Position numbers and translations under genes: made by a program
Shown here: positions 20,143 to 31,241 of the stretch, piece after piece
Layout of the letters: each line of letters starts with the position of its first letter
How positions within the stretch are numbered: position 1 is the first letter of the stretch
Assembly (NCBI GenBank): GCA_965263035.1
Contig: OZ253580.1
Location: forward strand, 1,888,001 to 1,952,000
Length of the DNA: 64,000 nucleotides
Direction: 5' to 3'
Source: Acidobacteriota bacterium
Lineage (GTDB): Bacteria; Acidobacteriota; UBA6911; RPQK01; JAJDTT01
Notes under the pieces: generated by a model
What the model saw: the letters and a program-made list of their open reading frames with translations, nothing else
Told to the model about the DNA's origin: nothing
Database searches by the model: none

Positions 20143-23100
20143 AGATGAACTCCGTCGTATTGAAGAGGGCGTGGGCCGTGTCCTTCCAAACCGCCACTGA
20201 CTGCAGGAGGTCCTCCGAGGACTGGCTGCCATCAGAGCGGCTCTGATGAAGAGAGTTGAAATCATGAACCGCCTGGGTCCACCGGGTCAGTTCGCCCGCC
20301 TCCGGCTCCCGCCCCAGGGCATGCCGGAACATGACGGTCAGCCGCTGCTCAGGCGAGTCGTGGGAATTGGCGATCAACTGCCGGGCCCAGAATTCGGCCT
20401 GCCCCGCAACGAAGGGATCGTTGAGCATGGTCAGGGCCTGATTGGGCACATTGGTGACATCACGCCGGCCGGTGGGCATCTTCGGAATGGGCTTGTTGAA
20501 CGTCTCCAGGAACTTGTACGGCTCCATGATCGTGTTTCGGAGGTAGATGGAACGCCGTCCGTTCCCGTCCAAGGGCCCCGAGAAATAGGTCTGGTCCGCC
20601 TTGACCACCTTGCTCTTGGGCCGGTAGGGATCCACGAAACCGCCCAGGAGCTGACGATCGAGACGTCCGGAGACGACGAGCATGGCGTCCCGGATGGACT
20701 CGGCGTCCAGGCGGCGGAGCGGAAAATGGTGCAGCATCCGATTGGTGGGATCCACCTCACGGGCCCGGACACTGGCCTGATTCGACTGCTGAAACACCTG
20801 CGTCATCACCAGCATCCTGACCAACTTCTTCACCGACCAGCCCTCTTGGACGAAGCGGTCGGCGAGATAATCCAGCAACTCCGGGTGAGAGGGCCGGTCG
20901 CCGAGATGACCGAAGTCATCGGGGGTTCGGACAATTCCGGATCCGAAGACCCAGTGCCAGACCCGATTCACGAAGACGCGGGCCGTGAGAGGGTTCTCGG
21001 AACTGGCGATCAGCTGGGCCAGGTCCAGGCGCCCGCTACCCTTGGGGTCTGAGCCGTTGGACGGGCCCGACAGCACCCGGATATGCCCGCGCGGCACCCG
21101 CTCACCATAATCCGTGTACACGCCACGGACGTTGAGGCGGTAGTCGCGGCCCGGATCCAGGTCGGCCATGCTCAGGACCGTCACCGGGTCGACCAGCTTC
21201 TCCTCGGTCTCGCGGTAGGAAGCGACCAACTCCCAGATCTCTTTGCGGGCAAGCATGTTGCCGGGCAGCAGATGGTTCGGCAACAATCCAGCTTCCAGCA
21301 TCCAGTTGATCAAGAGGACATCCTCTTCGTCCGCGCGACCCTCGGCCCAGTCTTCCACCGACGCCGCAATCCACTCCCCGTAGCGGGCGGAGAGCTGTGG
21401 CGGATCGACGGGCGCCTCACCACCGAACAAGGGGGTGAACCGGCCCAGCTCATCGGCGGGCGATTCTTCGTTGTCGTGCAGGAACACCCGGGTCACGCCG
21501 AACCAACTCCGGGCATCCCGGGCTTCGGCCGCCGAGACGTCGGGCCCGAGTCCCACTCTCGGGGGAAAGTTGGGGTTCGAGGCCTTGGTCGCCAACTCGA
21601 TGTAGATTCGAGTCTCTGCGGACTCGTCTTGACCGGGCGAACGATTGGTTTTGGCGTCTGCCGTATTCGAATGGCGGATCCAGTGGGGACGGTGGTCCTT
21701 CAGATAAGTCTGCCGCTCCGTCCGGAACGAATTGTCCACGATCAGCCGTTGAGCGCTGTAGTCGCCGCCGATCACCTCCATGCTGAGGTAGGACCGGCCG
21801 GAATGATTCAGAAACGGGGTCCGGACCGCCCCGTTGAGCCGGGGCGAGAGCGCGTGTGTGAACAGTCCGGCGGGCAGGAGCATTTCCACCGCCCCGGAAC
21901 CCTCGAGCGCCACCGTGAAATCGCCGTTTTCGACCCAACCGTGGCGCACTCCGACCCCATCCACCGACCATCCCTCGGGAAGGTCTCTGCGGCCGAAGTC
22001 GGCAGCGAGGGAAAAGTCCCTGGCGTTGTTCTCAATTCGTTCCCGGCGAGCCTGCGAATATTCCCCGGCGAGCTTCCGCCAGGCCATTTCCAGTTGCTCA
22101 CCCTCGATCAGGGATTCCTGTATTTCCAACCAGGGAAAGAGGGGGCTGGACATGGTGTCCCGTGCAGCCGATTCGGCCGCTTCCTCCTCATCCTCTTTCG
22201 TGGTCTGTCCCTCGAAGGGCCTGGGACTGATCGCCTCCTCCCAGACGGCGAGACGAGCCCGGTCCAGATCCTGCGCCGCCTCTGCCGCATCCATCCGGCC
22301 TTCGACGACGGCTTGCGCCGCCATCAGGTACCGGGGGATCTGCCGCGCCTCCTCCAACCACCAGTCCGCCAGCGGCTTGCGGAGTGTCGTCTTCAAAGCC
22401 GCCAGCTCTTCCAGAACCTTCCGGTTGCGTTCCGGGAGGTCCAGCGTATGGGTCACCCAGCGTGAGCTCATGAACACGCCGCCCAGAGCGTAGTAGTCCT
22501 GCTGGGCGATGGCGTCATATTTGTGATTGTGGCAGCGGGCGCAGGCGACCGTGGTCGCCTGGAACGCCTTGGAGAAGGTGTCGACCTTGTTGTCGAGCAT
22601 CTCCTGGTGGATGCCGTTGAACATCAGGCTGTCCCCGTGACGGTTCTCACCCATCTGGAACCAGGTGGGGCCGATCATCGACTCGTTGATCTGCCTGGCG
22701 GCGTCGACTCGCGGCTGCGAGAGGAGATCGCCCGCAATGTGCTCGCGGACGAGCTGGTCGAAGGGGATGTCCGAATTGAAGGCGCGGATCAGATAGTTCC
22801 GATAACGCCACGAACCCTTGATCTCGGCATCCGTTTCATAGCCGTAGGTGTCGCTGTAACGAACCACGTCCATCCAGTGCCGCGCCCACTCCTCTCCAAA
22901 ATGGGACGAGTCCAACAGGCGGTCCACCTCCTGGGCGTAAGCGGCGTCAGGGTCGGGATTCCGGAGGAAGGCGGCGACTTCTTCGGGCTTCGGGGGAAGT
23001 CCTGTCAGCAGATAGCTCACCCGCCTCAACAGGGTGTGCCGATCGGCGCGCGGAGCCGGAGTCAGGCCATTCGCCTCCAGCTTGGCCAAGAGAAAGCGAT

Positions 23101-23671
23101 CGACGGGCTGGTCCGACCACTCCTCCCGTCGGACCTCCGGTACCGCCGGTTTCGAGACGGGCTGCAGGGACCACCAGCCGCTGCGGTCCCGGTAGACCTG
23201 CTCCCAATCGGTATGAGTCTCGTCCGCCGCGGCAGCTTCCGGCCCCGTGGAGTCCCCCGGAGCGGCCGCCCCCAGGCGCACCCATCTTTCGAAGACGTCG
23301 ATCAGCTCAGCGGACAGTTGTTCGCCGCCCAAGGGCATGGCCAACCCGGGCCCCTGGTGACGGATGGCTCGAATCAGAAGGCTCGCCTCGGGATCCCCCG
23401 GGATGATGGCCGGCCCCGACTTGCCGCCCTTCTCCCAACCATCCGGAGAGTCAAGCCGCAATTCTCCCTGCGCAAGATCGGCACGGTGGCAGACGAAACA
23501 GTTTTCGGCCAAAGCCGGACGGATGTTCCGCTCGAAGAATTCCCGGGCTTCGGGAGAGATATCGACCTTACCTGCCGCTGCAGCCTGAACCAGGCCGAAG
23601 ATGCAGAAGAGAATTCCTGCCAGGATCGGCGGCAGCAACCCATTGCCGGAACTGGAACTCGACCTCGACAT
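20132..23671 (-). CDS. PSD1 / planctomycete cytochrome c (DUF1549/DUF1553) protein
   Basis: CFVCH and CARCH heme motifs; RHWMDVVRY, NPLTARVFVNRVW and PSHPELLD. Confidence 0.9.
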   Translation of the reverse strand: MSRSSSSSGNGLLPPILAGILFCIFGLVQAAAAGKVDISPEAREFFERNIRPALAENCFVCHRADLAQGELRLDSPDGWEKGGKSGPAIIPGDPEASLLIRAIRHQGPGLAMPLGGEQLSAELIDVFERWVRLGAAAPGDSTGPEAAAADETHTDWEQVYRDRSGWWSLQPVSKPAVPEVRREEWSDQPVDRFLLAKLEANGLTPAPRADRHTLLRRVSYLLTGLPPKPEEVAAFLRNPDPDAAYAQEVDRLLDSSHFGEEWARHWMDVVRYSDTYGYETDAEIKGSWRYRNYLIRAFNSDIPFDQLVREHIAGDLLSQPRVDAARQINESMIGPTWFQMGENRHGDSLMFNGIHQEMLDNKVDTFSKAFQATTVACARCHNHKYDAIAQQDYYALGGVFMSSRWVTHTLDLPERNRKVLEELAALKTTLRKPLADWWLEEARQIPRYLMAAQAVVEGRMDAAEAAQDLDRARLAVWEEAISPRPFEGQTTKEDEEEAAESAARDTMSSPLFPWLEIQESLIEGEQLEMAWRKLAGEYSQARRERIENNARDFSLAADFGRRDLPEGWSVDGVGVRHGWVENGDFTVALEGSGAVEMLLPAGLFTHALSPRLNGAVRTPFLNHSGRSYLSMEVIGGDYSAQRLIVDNSFRTERQTYLKDHRPHWIRHSNTADAKTNRSPGQDESAETRIYIELATKASNPNFPPRVGLGPDVSAAEARDARSWFGVTRVFLHDNEESPADELGRFTPLFGGEAPVDPPQLSARYGEWIAASVEDWAEGRADEEDVLLINWMLEAGLLPNHLLPGNMLARKEIWELVASYRETEEKLVDPVTVLSMADLDPGRDYRLNVRGVYTDYGERVPRGHIRVLSGPSNGSDPKGSGRLDLAQLIASSENPLTARVFVNRVWHWVFGSGIVRTPDDFGHLGDRPSHPELLDYLADRFVQEGWSVKKLVRMLVMTQVFQQSNQASVRAREVDPTNRMLHHFPLRRLDAESIRDAMLVVSGRLDRQLLGGFVDPYRPKSKVVKADQTYFSGPLDGNGRRSIYLRNTIMEPYKFLETFNKPIPKMPTGRRDVTNVPNQALTMLNDPFVAGQAEFWARQLIANSHDSPEQRLTVMFRHALGREPEAGELTRWTQAVHDFNSLHQSRSDGSQSSEDLLQSVAVWKDTAHALFNTTEFIYVR

Positions 23672-23937
23672 GTGTGAACGACTCGTCTGTAAGAAGGTGG
23701 GGCTAGCCCAGCTGTCGGAGAGACACCGAAGAATTACCCGAGCACGGTACACGGTATTTTGACACCCGAACACCCGGCCATTTGGTTTGTACGTATGGCC
23801 CGTAGATTACGTTATCCTCTCCATCTCTGTCAATCGCCGGTGCGGGTCACAGACAGGCTCGCGCGTAAGCCTTTACTCCACGCTTCGGTCCAACCTATCA
23901 TGCCTTTGGCTCGCCGGCTGACTCCGGAGTCGATGAC

Positions 23938-24738
23938 ATGTTGGACAACCAGTCGAACCCGCGCCGCACCCTGGTCACCGGGGGCGCCAGTGGCTTCGGA
24001 CTCGCGACCGCTCAGGCCCTGCTGGAACTCGGCCACCAAGTGGCCATCGGGGACGTCGACTCCCAACAGCTGAAGTGTGCATTCCAGACCCTGAAACATC
24101 CCAATCTGCTGCCGATCGAACTCGACGTCACATGCGGAACGTCTGCGAGAGACGCAGTGGAGACCTGCCGGACACGGTTCGGAGGTCTGGATACGCTCAT
24201 CAACTCCGCAGGGGTGATCCACATGACCGCTCTGGAGGAGATCACGGAGGAAGAGTGGGATCACGTCATCGACGTGGACCTGAAGGGCACGTTTCTCTGC
24301 AGCCAGGCAGCTGCGCCCCTGTTGCGCCGGAGCGGACGGGGCCGCATCGTCAACCTCGGTTCGGATGCCGGCAGAATCGGTTGCCCACAGATCGTGCCCT
24401 ACTGTGCGGCGAAATTCGGCGTCGTGGGATTGACCAAATCCCTGGCGGCCGAGCTCGCCGCCGATGGCGTGACCGTCAACTGTGTGAGCCCGGTCGGGGT
24501 CTCCGCCACCGGAATGGGTCAATTCGTTCTCCAGAAGAAAATTGAACTCAGCGGGTTGGTTCCGGAAGACATCCTGGCTGCGACCGCGGCGGAGATCCCG
24601 CTGCAGCGCAATCCGACCACCGCGGACATCGTCAATGCGATCCTGTTCTTTCTGGCCGAGGAGTCGGCCTTTCTGACCGGAGTCGTCCTGGACGTGGATG
24701 GCGGAATGCTGAGCATTCTCCCGGTGCGGGGGACCTGA
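23938..24738 (+). CDS. SDR family oxidoreductase
   Basis: TGGASGFG and YCAAK motifs. Confidence 0.9.
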   Translation: MLDNQSNPRRTLVTGGASGFGLATAQALLELGHQVAIGDVDSQQLKCAFQTLKHPNLLPIELDVTCGTSARDAVETCRTRFGGLDTLINSAGVIHMTALEEITEEEWDHVIDVDLKGTFLCSQAAAPLLRRSGRGRIVNLGSDAGRIGCPQIVPYCAAKFGVVGLTKSLAAELAADGVTVNCVSPVGVSATGMGQFVLQKKIELSGLVPEDILAATAAEIPLQRNPTTADIVNAILFFLAEESAFLTGVVLDVDGGMLSILPVRGT

Positions 24739-24807
24739 ACGGGCTCCGGTCCGGTATTGATCCGTCGCATCGGAGACTGAAGTCCGAGCAACGAGGAGGG
24801 AAACAAC

Positions 24808-26253
24808 ATGAGTGACCTGCAGCTGACGGCGGGGGTTGGGCGCATCGACATCACGCCGCCCGTGGGCTTCCGTTTGGAAGGAGCCATGCGCCGGGTGGAT
24901 CCTTCCGTGGGGGTCGAGTCGCCGCTCCTGGCCACGGCGCTGGTCCTGGCGGACGAGCGAACCAAGATCGTCCTCCTCGACTGCGACCTGGTCGGTTTCG
25001 ACATGCCGTTGGCGGCGAAGATCCGCCAGGTCATTGCCGACCGGGTCGGGACATCTCCCGGCTGCGTGGCAGTGGGCTGCACCCATACCCACAACGGCCC
25101 CTGTACCGCACGCGGCATCCTGGGTGGCGTGCATCACGTCGCCGGCGACCCGGCCGAGATTCAGGCCCTCGACGCCTATATCGAGGACCTGGTGAACCGC
25201 CTCGCCGGATTGGCGGTGCTTGCGGACGGCGACCGCAGGCCCGCGCGCGCGGCGGCTGGAAGCGGGCACGCCGCGGTGGCCGTGAACCGGGAGGAACGGG
25301 CGCCCGAGGACGGCCTCGTCGTGGTCGGGCGAAATCCCGACGGGACCACCGACCATAGTGTCGACGTTCTGCGGGTGGACGATCTCGACGGAAACCCCAT
25401 CGCCGTGGTAGCCAGCTATGCAGCCCATCCGGTGGTCATGGGCTACGAGACGTACCTCCTGAGCCAGGACTTTCCCGGCGTCGTCCGCCGAGTCGTGGAA
25501 CAGGCGACCGGAGCCACCTGCCTCTACCTCACCGGGGCCGCCGGGAACCAGGCGTGCTATTCATTTCTGCAGAGTGATTGGGGCGAAAAGGAACGTACCG
25601 GCGGAATCGTCGGCGCCGCCGCGCTGCAAGCATTCTACGGCATCGAGACGCGCCCCCACGAGGAAATCCGGGAACGCGGCCTCTCGCTCTCCCGGATCGC
25701 CCTCTACCACAAGGAATTCAAGGACGGCCCCACCCACAAGGTCCTGAGTGCGGCCAGCCGCCAGGTTGCGCTGCCCTTGCAGCCGCTGCCCTCCCTGGAT
25801 CAGGCGGAGGCCCAGTACGCCGAGGCCGCCGCCAATGTGAGGAAGCTGGTGGGAAAAGGCGCCGACACGACCGAGGTCTGTCCCGCCCAGTTGGTGGAGG
25901 TCTGGGCCAAGGGCGTCCTGGACAAGGTCAGGGCCGGCGTTCGGGAATACTCTTTGTCGTTCGATATCGTGGCCTTCCGGCTGGATGATTTCGTGCTGGT
26001 GGCGCAGCCGGGAGAGCCCTTCGTGGAGATCGGGTTGGGGGTCAAGAAACGATCCAAGGCCAAGCACACCATGTTCGGAGGGTACTGCAACGGGGTTCTG
26101 GCCTACCTGCCCACGGCCGCGACGGTGGCTCAGGGAGGCATGTCGGTGGAAGCGGCCGTCCGGACCTACGACATCCCGGCGCCTCCCGTGGCCGAAACGG
26201 TGGATCTCCTCGTCGAAGAGTATGGGGAACTCCTGAATGAGGTCGGCCTCTGA
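24808..26253 (+). CDS. Neutral/alkaline ceramidase N-terminal-domain-like hydrolase
   Basis: GRIDITPP, CTHTHNGP, YAAHP, GAAGNQ and PGEPF motifs. Confidence 0.78.
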   Translation: MSDLQLTAGVGRIDITPPVGFRLEGAMRRVDPSVGVESPLLATALVLADERTKIVLLDCDLVGFDMPLAAKIRQVIADRVGTSPGCVAVGCTHTHNGPCTARGILGGVHHVAGDPAEIQALDAYIEDLVNRLAGLAVLADGDRRPARAAAGSGHAAVAVNREERAPEDGLVVVGRNPDGTTDHSVDVLRVDDLDGNPIAVVASYAAHPVVMGYETYLLSQDFPGVVRRVVEQATGATCLYLTGAAGNQACYSFLQSDWGEKERTGGIVGAAALQAFYGIETRPHEEIRERGLSLSRIALYHKEFKDGPTHKVLSAASRQVALPLQPLPSLDQAEAQYAEAAANVRKLVGKGADTTEVCPAQLVEVWAKGVLDKVRAGVREYSLSFDIVAFRLDDFVLVAQPGEPFVEIGLGVKKRSKAKHTMFGGYCNGVLAYLPTAATVAQGGMSVEAAVRTYDIPAPPVAETVDLLVEEYGELLNEVGL

Positions 26254-27322
26254 TCTGAATCCCGAGGATGGCTTGGTCTCCAGGCTCGGATATCCCGATT
26301 CTCGACCCGTTCGAGGCGGAGCAAATCGTTGGCGTCCTCCGTTCGCCGGCCTCGGGTCGATTCTGGCCGTCTTCATCGCCGCCGGCCTCGTCTTCTCCCA
26401 GCCCCGGCTCGACCTCCAGATTCTGGAGAAGTTCCAACAAGGCCGCTTTCAGGAAGCCTCGGTGCTGGCCCGCCGGGCCGTCGAGCGGGACGGCTCGAAT
26501 GCCGTCTACCAGGAACTCTACGGCATGGTGCTGGCCGCCCTGGAAAAGAACGAGGAGGCGGAGAAACATCTTCGCAGGGCGGTCGAACTGCGGCCCCGGC
26601 AGGCCGAGTTTCACTACAATCTGGCCCAATTCCTGCTCGACCGCCAAGAGGCGTCGGGACTGCACCCCTTCGATCCCAGGGCCAGGCGGCTCATGGAGGA
26701 CGCGATCACCCCGTTGAAGCGGGTGCTGGAACTGAGCCCCGGCAACGTCGAAGCGAGGATGTCCCTGGCGCGCAACTACAACAACCTGAACTTCAGCAAG
26801 ATGGCGCTCAAGGAGTATTCCACCGTCGCCTCCGGCGAACCGAACCGGTCCTGGCTCAATTTTCAGATGGGCATGCTTCATTCCAACCTGTCCAGCCCGG
26901 TGAAAGCGGTGGCCGCCTTCAGGAGAGAGATTGACCTCTATCCCGACCACGCCAGGGCCCGGCTGGAGCTCGCCGAGATCCTGCTGCAACAGGGGAAGGT
27001 GGAGGAGGCGAAGCGCCATCTGTTGCGGGCGGAACCCGGGCTCGAAGACTCCCTGAAACACCGCGCCTACTTCCTTCTGGCCAAAGTTCACAGGAATCTC
27101 GGTCAGGCCCACGATGCCTTGGCGGCCGTGCGCAGAAGCATCGACCTGTGTCCGTCGTTCATCGCTCCCAACTATCTTCTGGCCCAGCTCTACCGGGAGG
27201 CGGGAGAGCTCGACCTCGCACGGCGGACCTTGGAGCGGGTGGAACGGCTGAGATCGGAGGATTCGTCAGCGGCAGACCCCTTCGCCTTCCGGGAAGGCCA
27301 CTGTCCGGGGCGGACCCGATGA
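26237..27322 (+). CDS. Tetratricopeptide repeat protein
   Basis: Repeated TPR-like helices after a hydrophobic N-terminal segment. Confidence 0.8.
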   Translation: MRSASDLNPEDGLVSRLGYPDSRPVRGGANRWRPPFAGLGSILAVFIAAGLVFSQPRLDLQILEKFQQGRFQEASVLARRAVERDGSNAVYQELYGMVLAALEKNEEAEKHLRRAVELRPRQAEFHYNLAQFLLDRQEASGLHPFDPRARRLMEDAITPLKRVLELSPGNVEARMSLARNYNNLNFSKMALKEYSTVASGEPNRSWLNFQMGMLHSNLSSPVKAVAAFRREIDLYPDHARARLELAEILLQQGKVEEAKRHLLRAEPGLEDSLKHRAYFLLAKVHRNLGQAHDALAAVRRSIDLCPSFIAPNYLLAQLYREAGELDLARRTLERVERLRSEDSSAADPFAFREGHCPGRTR

Positions 27323-27389
27323 GAGACGGCCGCAGGTCCAGTCGGCTCGGTCCGGCCACCGCGGCACCGTCCGGAGTTCGATACCGAAT

Positions 27390-29042
27390 ATGCTGAGCCT
27401 GTGGCTGGTCCTCTCCTTATCCACGATCCGGTTCACCGACGTCGCCGAGACGGCGGGATTGGAGTTCCGCCACTTCAGCGGAAACCCGGAAAAGAAATTC
27501 CTGCTGGAAGTCGACGGCGGTGGAATCGCCTGGATCGACTACGACCGGGACGGTTGGCCCGATCTCTACCTGGTCAACGGCGGGCGCTGGGAGGAACTGC
27601 TGGCGGGAAAGCGGACCGTTTCCAATTCGCTCTTTCGCAACAACCGGGACGGCACTTTTTCCGACGTCACGGCTAAGGCCCGAGTCGGCGGCGGCGCCTG
27701 GGGAATGGGCGCGGCCGTGGCCGACTATGACAACGATGGCTGGCCCGACCTGTACGTGTGCAACTACGGCCCCAATGCGCTCTTTCGCAACAACGGCGAC
27801 GGCACCTTCACCGACGTGGCCTCGGAAGCGGGCACGGGCGATCCCCGTTGGGGCTCCAGCGCCGCCTTCGCCGACTACGACGGGGACGGCTGGCTGGACC
27901 TGTACCTCACCAATTACGTCAAGTTCGACCATCGCCGGCCCCCGGCGCCGACCTGCGGATACCGCGGCATCCAGGTCGCCTGCGGGCCCCAGGGACTGAC
28001 TCCGGACGGCGATGTCCTCTACCGCAACAACGGCGACGGCACCTTCACCGACGTGACCTCAGGCGCGGGGGTGGCGGTCCGGCCCGCTTTCGGACTGGGT
28101 GTCCTCTGGTTCGACTCGGACAACGACGGAGACCCGGACCTCTACGTCGCCAACGACTCCATGGCAAACTTCCTCTTCCTGAACCATGGGGACGGGACCT
28201 TCCAGGAGGCCGGGCTTCTTTCCTCCGTCGCCTATGACGAGGACGGCAAGGAGCAGGCCGGAATGGGGGTCGCCGCCGGCGACTACGATCGGGACGGACA
28301 CTTCGACCTCTACGTGACCAACTTCTCCGACGACTACAACACCCTCTACCGCAACCTGGGAAACGGTTTTTTTCGCGATGTCACCTACGCCGCGGGCCTG
28401 GGCACGGCCACTTGGCCGTTCCTGGCCTGGGGAACCGGTTTTGCGGACTTCGACAACGACGAGTGGGAAGACCTGTTCGTCTCCAACGGCCACATCTATC
28501 CCCAAGTCGATGACTACGAAATCGGATCGACCTACCTGGAGCGCAACCAGTTCTTCCTGAATCTCGGAAACGGCAAGTTCCAGGAGATCAAGGGCGCCTT
28601 CAAGGGAGGAGGAGAACGACCCCGTTCCAGCCGGGGCTCGGCCTTCGCCGACTATGACAACGACGGGGACCTGGACATCGGGATCAACAACCTGGACGGG
28701 GCCCCTTCACTGCTGAGGAACGACGGGCCTCAGAGCGCCCGGCACTGGCTGATCCTGGCCTTGGAAGGCGTGCGCTCGAACCGGAGCGCCATCGGGACCC
28801 GCGTGACTATGGAAACCGAGACCGGGAGACAGATGCGGGAGGTGTCCGGGGGCTCCAGCTACCAGGCCAGTAACGACCTGCGGGTCCATTTCGGGCTGGC
28901 CTCCGCTGGCCGTGTGCGGCTGCTGATGGTCCGGTGGCCCAGCGGAGAGGTCCAGAGGTTTCAGGACGTCGGCGCCGACCGGCACTACCGCCTCCGGGAA
29001 GGGGGGGAGCTCCAGCCGTTTGTAGCCGACCGGCGCGACTGA
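27390..29042 (+). CDS. CRTAC1-family (FG-GAP + ASPIC/UnbV) protein
   Basis: Many DYDNDG repeats; C-terminal NRSAIG...HFGL...VRWPSG. Confidence 0.9.
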   Translation: MLSLWLVLSLSTIRFTDVAETAGLEFRHFSGNPEKKFLLEVDGGGIAWIDYDRDGWPDLYLVNGGRWEELLAGKRTVSNSLFRNNRDGTFSDVTAKARVGGGAWGMGAAVADYDNDGWPDLYVCNYGPNALFRNNGDGTFTDVASEAGTGDPRWGSSAAFADYDGDGWLDLYLTNYVKFDHRRPPAPTCGYRGIQVACGPQGLTPDGDVLYRNNGDGTFTDVTSGAGVAVRPAFGLGVLWFDSDNDGDPDLYVANDSMANFLFLNHGDGTFQEAGLLSSVAYDEDGKEQAGMGVAAGDYDRDGHFDLYVTNFSDDYNTLYRNLGNGFFRDVTYAAGLGTATWPFLAWGTGFADFDNDEWEDLFVSNGHIYPQVDDYEIGSTYLERNQFFLNLGNGKFQEIKGAFKGGGERPRSSRGSAFADYDNDGDLDIGINNLDGAPSLLRNDGPQSARHWLILALEGVRSNRSAIGTRVTMETETGRQMREVSGGSSYQASNDLRVHFGLASAGRVRLLMVRWPSGEVQRFQDVGADRHYRLREGGELQPFVADRRD

Positions 29043-29097
29043 CGGCCGGTAAGGAAAATCGTCTTGGAGATCGTGCCGGCCCGGTGAAAAGTTCCGG

Positions 29098-29943
29098 CTA
29101 TCCCAGGATGTCTTCCGTGGCCGTCGTGATGACCTCATAGGCATCCGGCCGGCGATCCCGAAACATGAAGTAGCGGTTGCGGACCTCGTTCACCCGGTCC
29201 AACCCGATATCCCCGTAGATGACCGTCTCGCCGGACGCCGGGGCCTCGGCCACGATCCCGCCTTCGGGATCCACGATGATGCTCTTCCCGCCCAGAATGA
29301 AGGTTTCGCCGCCGGGAAGGTGAAGTTCTCCGACGGCATTGCAGGCGGCCACGTAGGCGCCGTTTTCGAAGGCCCGGGTGATGATCATGTGTTCCCAGAT
29401 CCCTCCCTCGGTGGTGGAGGCTCCGAAGGGCGCCAGGATCAGTTCCGCCCCGTTCAGGGCCAGGCAGCGGGCCGGTTCGGGCAACAGAGTGTCGTAGCAG
29501 AGCATGGTGCCGACCCGCCACTCGCCGACCGGCGCCACGGGAAACTTGGATCCGCCCCGGTAGAAGAGTTTTTCCAGGCCTCTCCGGGCCGGGACGTGGA
29601 CCTTCCGGTACTTGCTGACGATCTCGCCCTTCGGGTTCACCATCATGGAGGTGTTGTAGAAGAGGCCGGGACCCTGGCGCTCATAGATGGTGGACGCGAT
29701 GTGGACCCGGTGCTGCCGCGCCTTTTCCCGGACCGCCGCGGTGGCCTCCCCGTCCTCGCTGTCGGCCAGGTCGTAGAAGCTGTAGTCCACCGACAAGGGG
29801 AAATACCCGGTGCTCCAGAATTCGGGAAGGACCAGAAGTTCGGCCCCCTCGCCCGCCGCCTCGTCGATGAAGCGGGACGCTCGGGCAATGTTCTTGTCGA
29901 GTCCGCCGATGGCGCTCTCCATCTGTATCAGCGCTAGTCTCAT
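29098..29943 (-). CDS. Carbon-nitrogen hydrolase (nitrilase superfamily)
   Basis: E-K-C triad in LPEF, YRKVH and LCYD; DRRP near the C-terminus. Confidence 0.9.
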   Translation of the reverse strand: MRLALIQMESAIGGLDKNIARASRFIDEAAGEGAELLVLPEFWSTGYFPLSVDYSFYDLADSEDGEATAAVREKARQHRVHIASTIYERQGPGLFYNTSMMVNPKGEIVSKYRKVHVPARRGLEKLFYRGGSKFPVAPVGEWRVGTMLCYDTLLPEPARCLALNGAELILAPFGASTTEGGIWEHMIITRAFENGAYVAACNAVGELHLPGGETFILGGKSIIVDPEGGIVAEAPASGETVIYGDIGLDRVNEVRNRYFMFRDRRPDAYEVITTATEDILG

Positions 29944-30008
29944 GGTTCATGCCTCCCTTCCCCGCAGCCCGCCCGGACCAGGCTGCCATTGCCGCAGGTC
30001 TGCGGTGT

Positions 30009-31217
30009 CTAACCCAACTGAGTATTTCCGCCAGTCAGCCACTCCAGATTGAAACGGGCGAAGCTGATCCGTTCGTAGGGACTGTCGGCGCCATTTTCGT
30101 AAAGCAGGCCGACTGTGCCGTCCTCCAGCACCGCGAGGCAGGAATAGGCCGACGGGCCCGAATGAACGACTCTGGAGACGGACCAGGACTTCCCCGAGTC
30201 GAGACTCAACCGAACCGTCATGTTGACCCTGTCCTGGCGGTGGGCGGGGTTCGAGAACAGGAGCCGATCCTGGTCAGTGCCGCCGCCACCGGCATCATAC
30301 CGGATGAACGACGCCTGACATCTGGGTTCGATCAAAGCAGTGTCATGTCTCAGCTCCGACCAGGTCTCACCACCGTCGCTGGACGTGGCGACGGCGCGGC
30401 ATCCCCTTCCATGGTAGCTCCGCATGTTGAGCATCAGGTCTCCGTTGTCCAGCTCGACGACCTGGCATTCATTGGTGGCGGGTCCGGCGCCCGACCCCAT
30501 TGTCCAGGTGTAGCCCCCGTCGCCGCTGTAGGCAACGGATGAGAAATCCCCTGTGTGACCGGACTCATCCGTGCGGCGCGAATAACACGGTGCGACGAGA
30601 CGTCCATCTCTCGTCTGTACCCCCCGGCCCGGAGCGGCCATGACGGCCAGCCAACCCTCTCGGGTGAGTTGGTGTGTGATGTCCGCGGGTCCGGACCAGG
30701 TTTGTCCATCGTCTTCGCTGACGATGGCGTGCAGCGTGATGATCCGGCCGGTCCGGTCCGGTTTCACGCCTACGGGCAGGGTCTCGTTCGCCCGCTCCAG
30801 AGACTCGGAATCGGGCCAGACATGATCGTAGATCACCCAGACGTTTCCCGTCTGCCCATCCACCAGCAGGCAAGGATCGCAGGCCGCCCGGCGCCCGGGG
30901 AAGTCCGCGATGACGGTCATTTCCGACCAGGTCTCGCCTTGGTCCAAGCTGCGTTTCAGGACCAGATCGATGTTGTTGGGGGCATCTCCCGGTTCCTCCA
31001 CCCGAGCGTCACAGAGGGCCAGCAGCGTCCCCTTCACCGTCGTCACCAGGGCTGGAATCCGGTATTCCCGAACCCCGTTTGCGCCGGCGACGAAGAGGTC
31101 CTCTCGCCGGAAAAAGGGACCCGTCCGCAGGGGCGGCGACGGTCTGCAGAAAGACATCCCTCCCGTCGCCATGAGGGCCGACTTGAGAAAATCCCGGCGT
31201 TTCCATGCGTTACTCAT
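30009..31217 (-). CDS. Sialidase-family (GH33-like) protein with Tat signal
   Basis: KRRDFLK, YRIP, Asp boxes SxDxGxTW and SAYSCL. Confidence 0.88.
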   Translation of the reverse strand: MSNAWKRRDFLKSALMATGGMSFCRPSPPLRTGPFFRREDLFVAGANGVREYRIPALVTTVKGTLLALCDARVEEPGDAPNNIDLVLKRSLDQGETWSEMTVIADFPGRRAACDPCLLVDGQTGNVWVIYDHVWPDSESLERANETLPVGVKPDRTGRIITLHAIVSEDDGQTWSGPADITHQLTREGWLAVMAAPGRGVQTRDGRLVAPCYSRRTDESGHTGDFSSVAYSGDGGYTWTMGSGAGPATNECQVVELDNGDLMLNMRSYHGRGCRAVATSSDGGETWSELRHDTALIEPRCQASFIRYDAGGGGTDQDRLLFSNPAHRQDRVNMTVRLSLDSGKSWSVSRVVHSGPSAYSCLAVLEDGTVGLLYENGADSPYERISFARFNLEWLTGGNTQLG

Positions 31218-31241
31218 GCTGAATGCTCCCTTCGCTTGTAA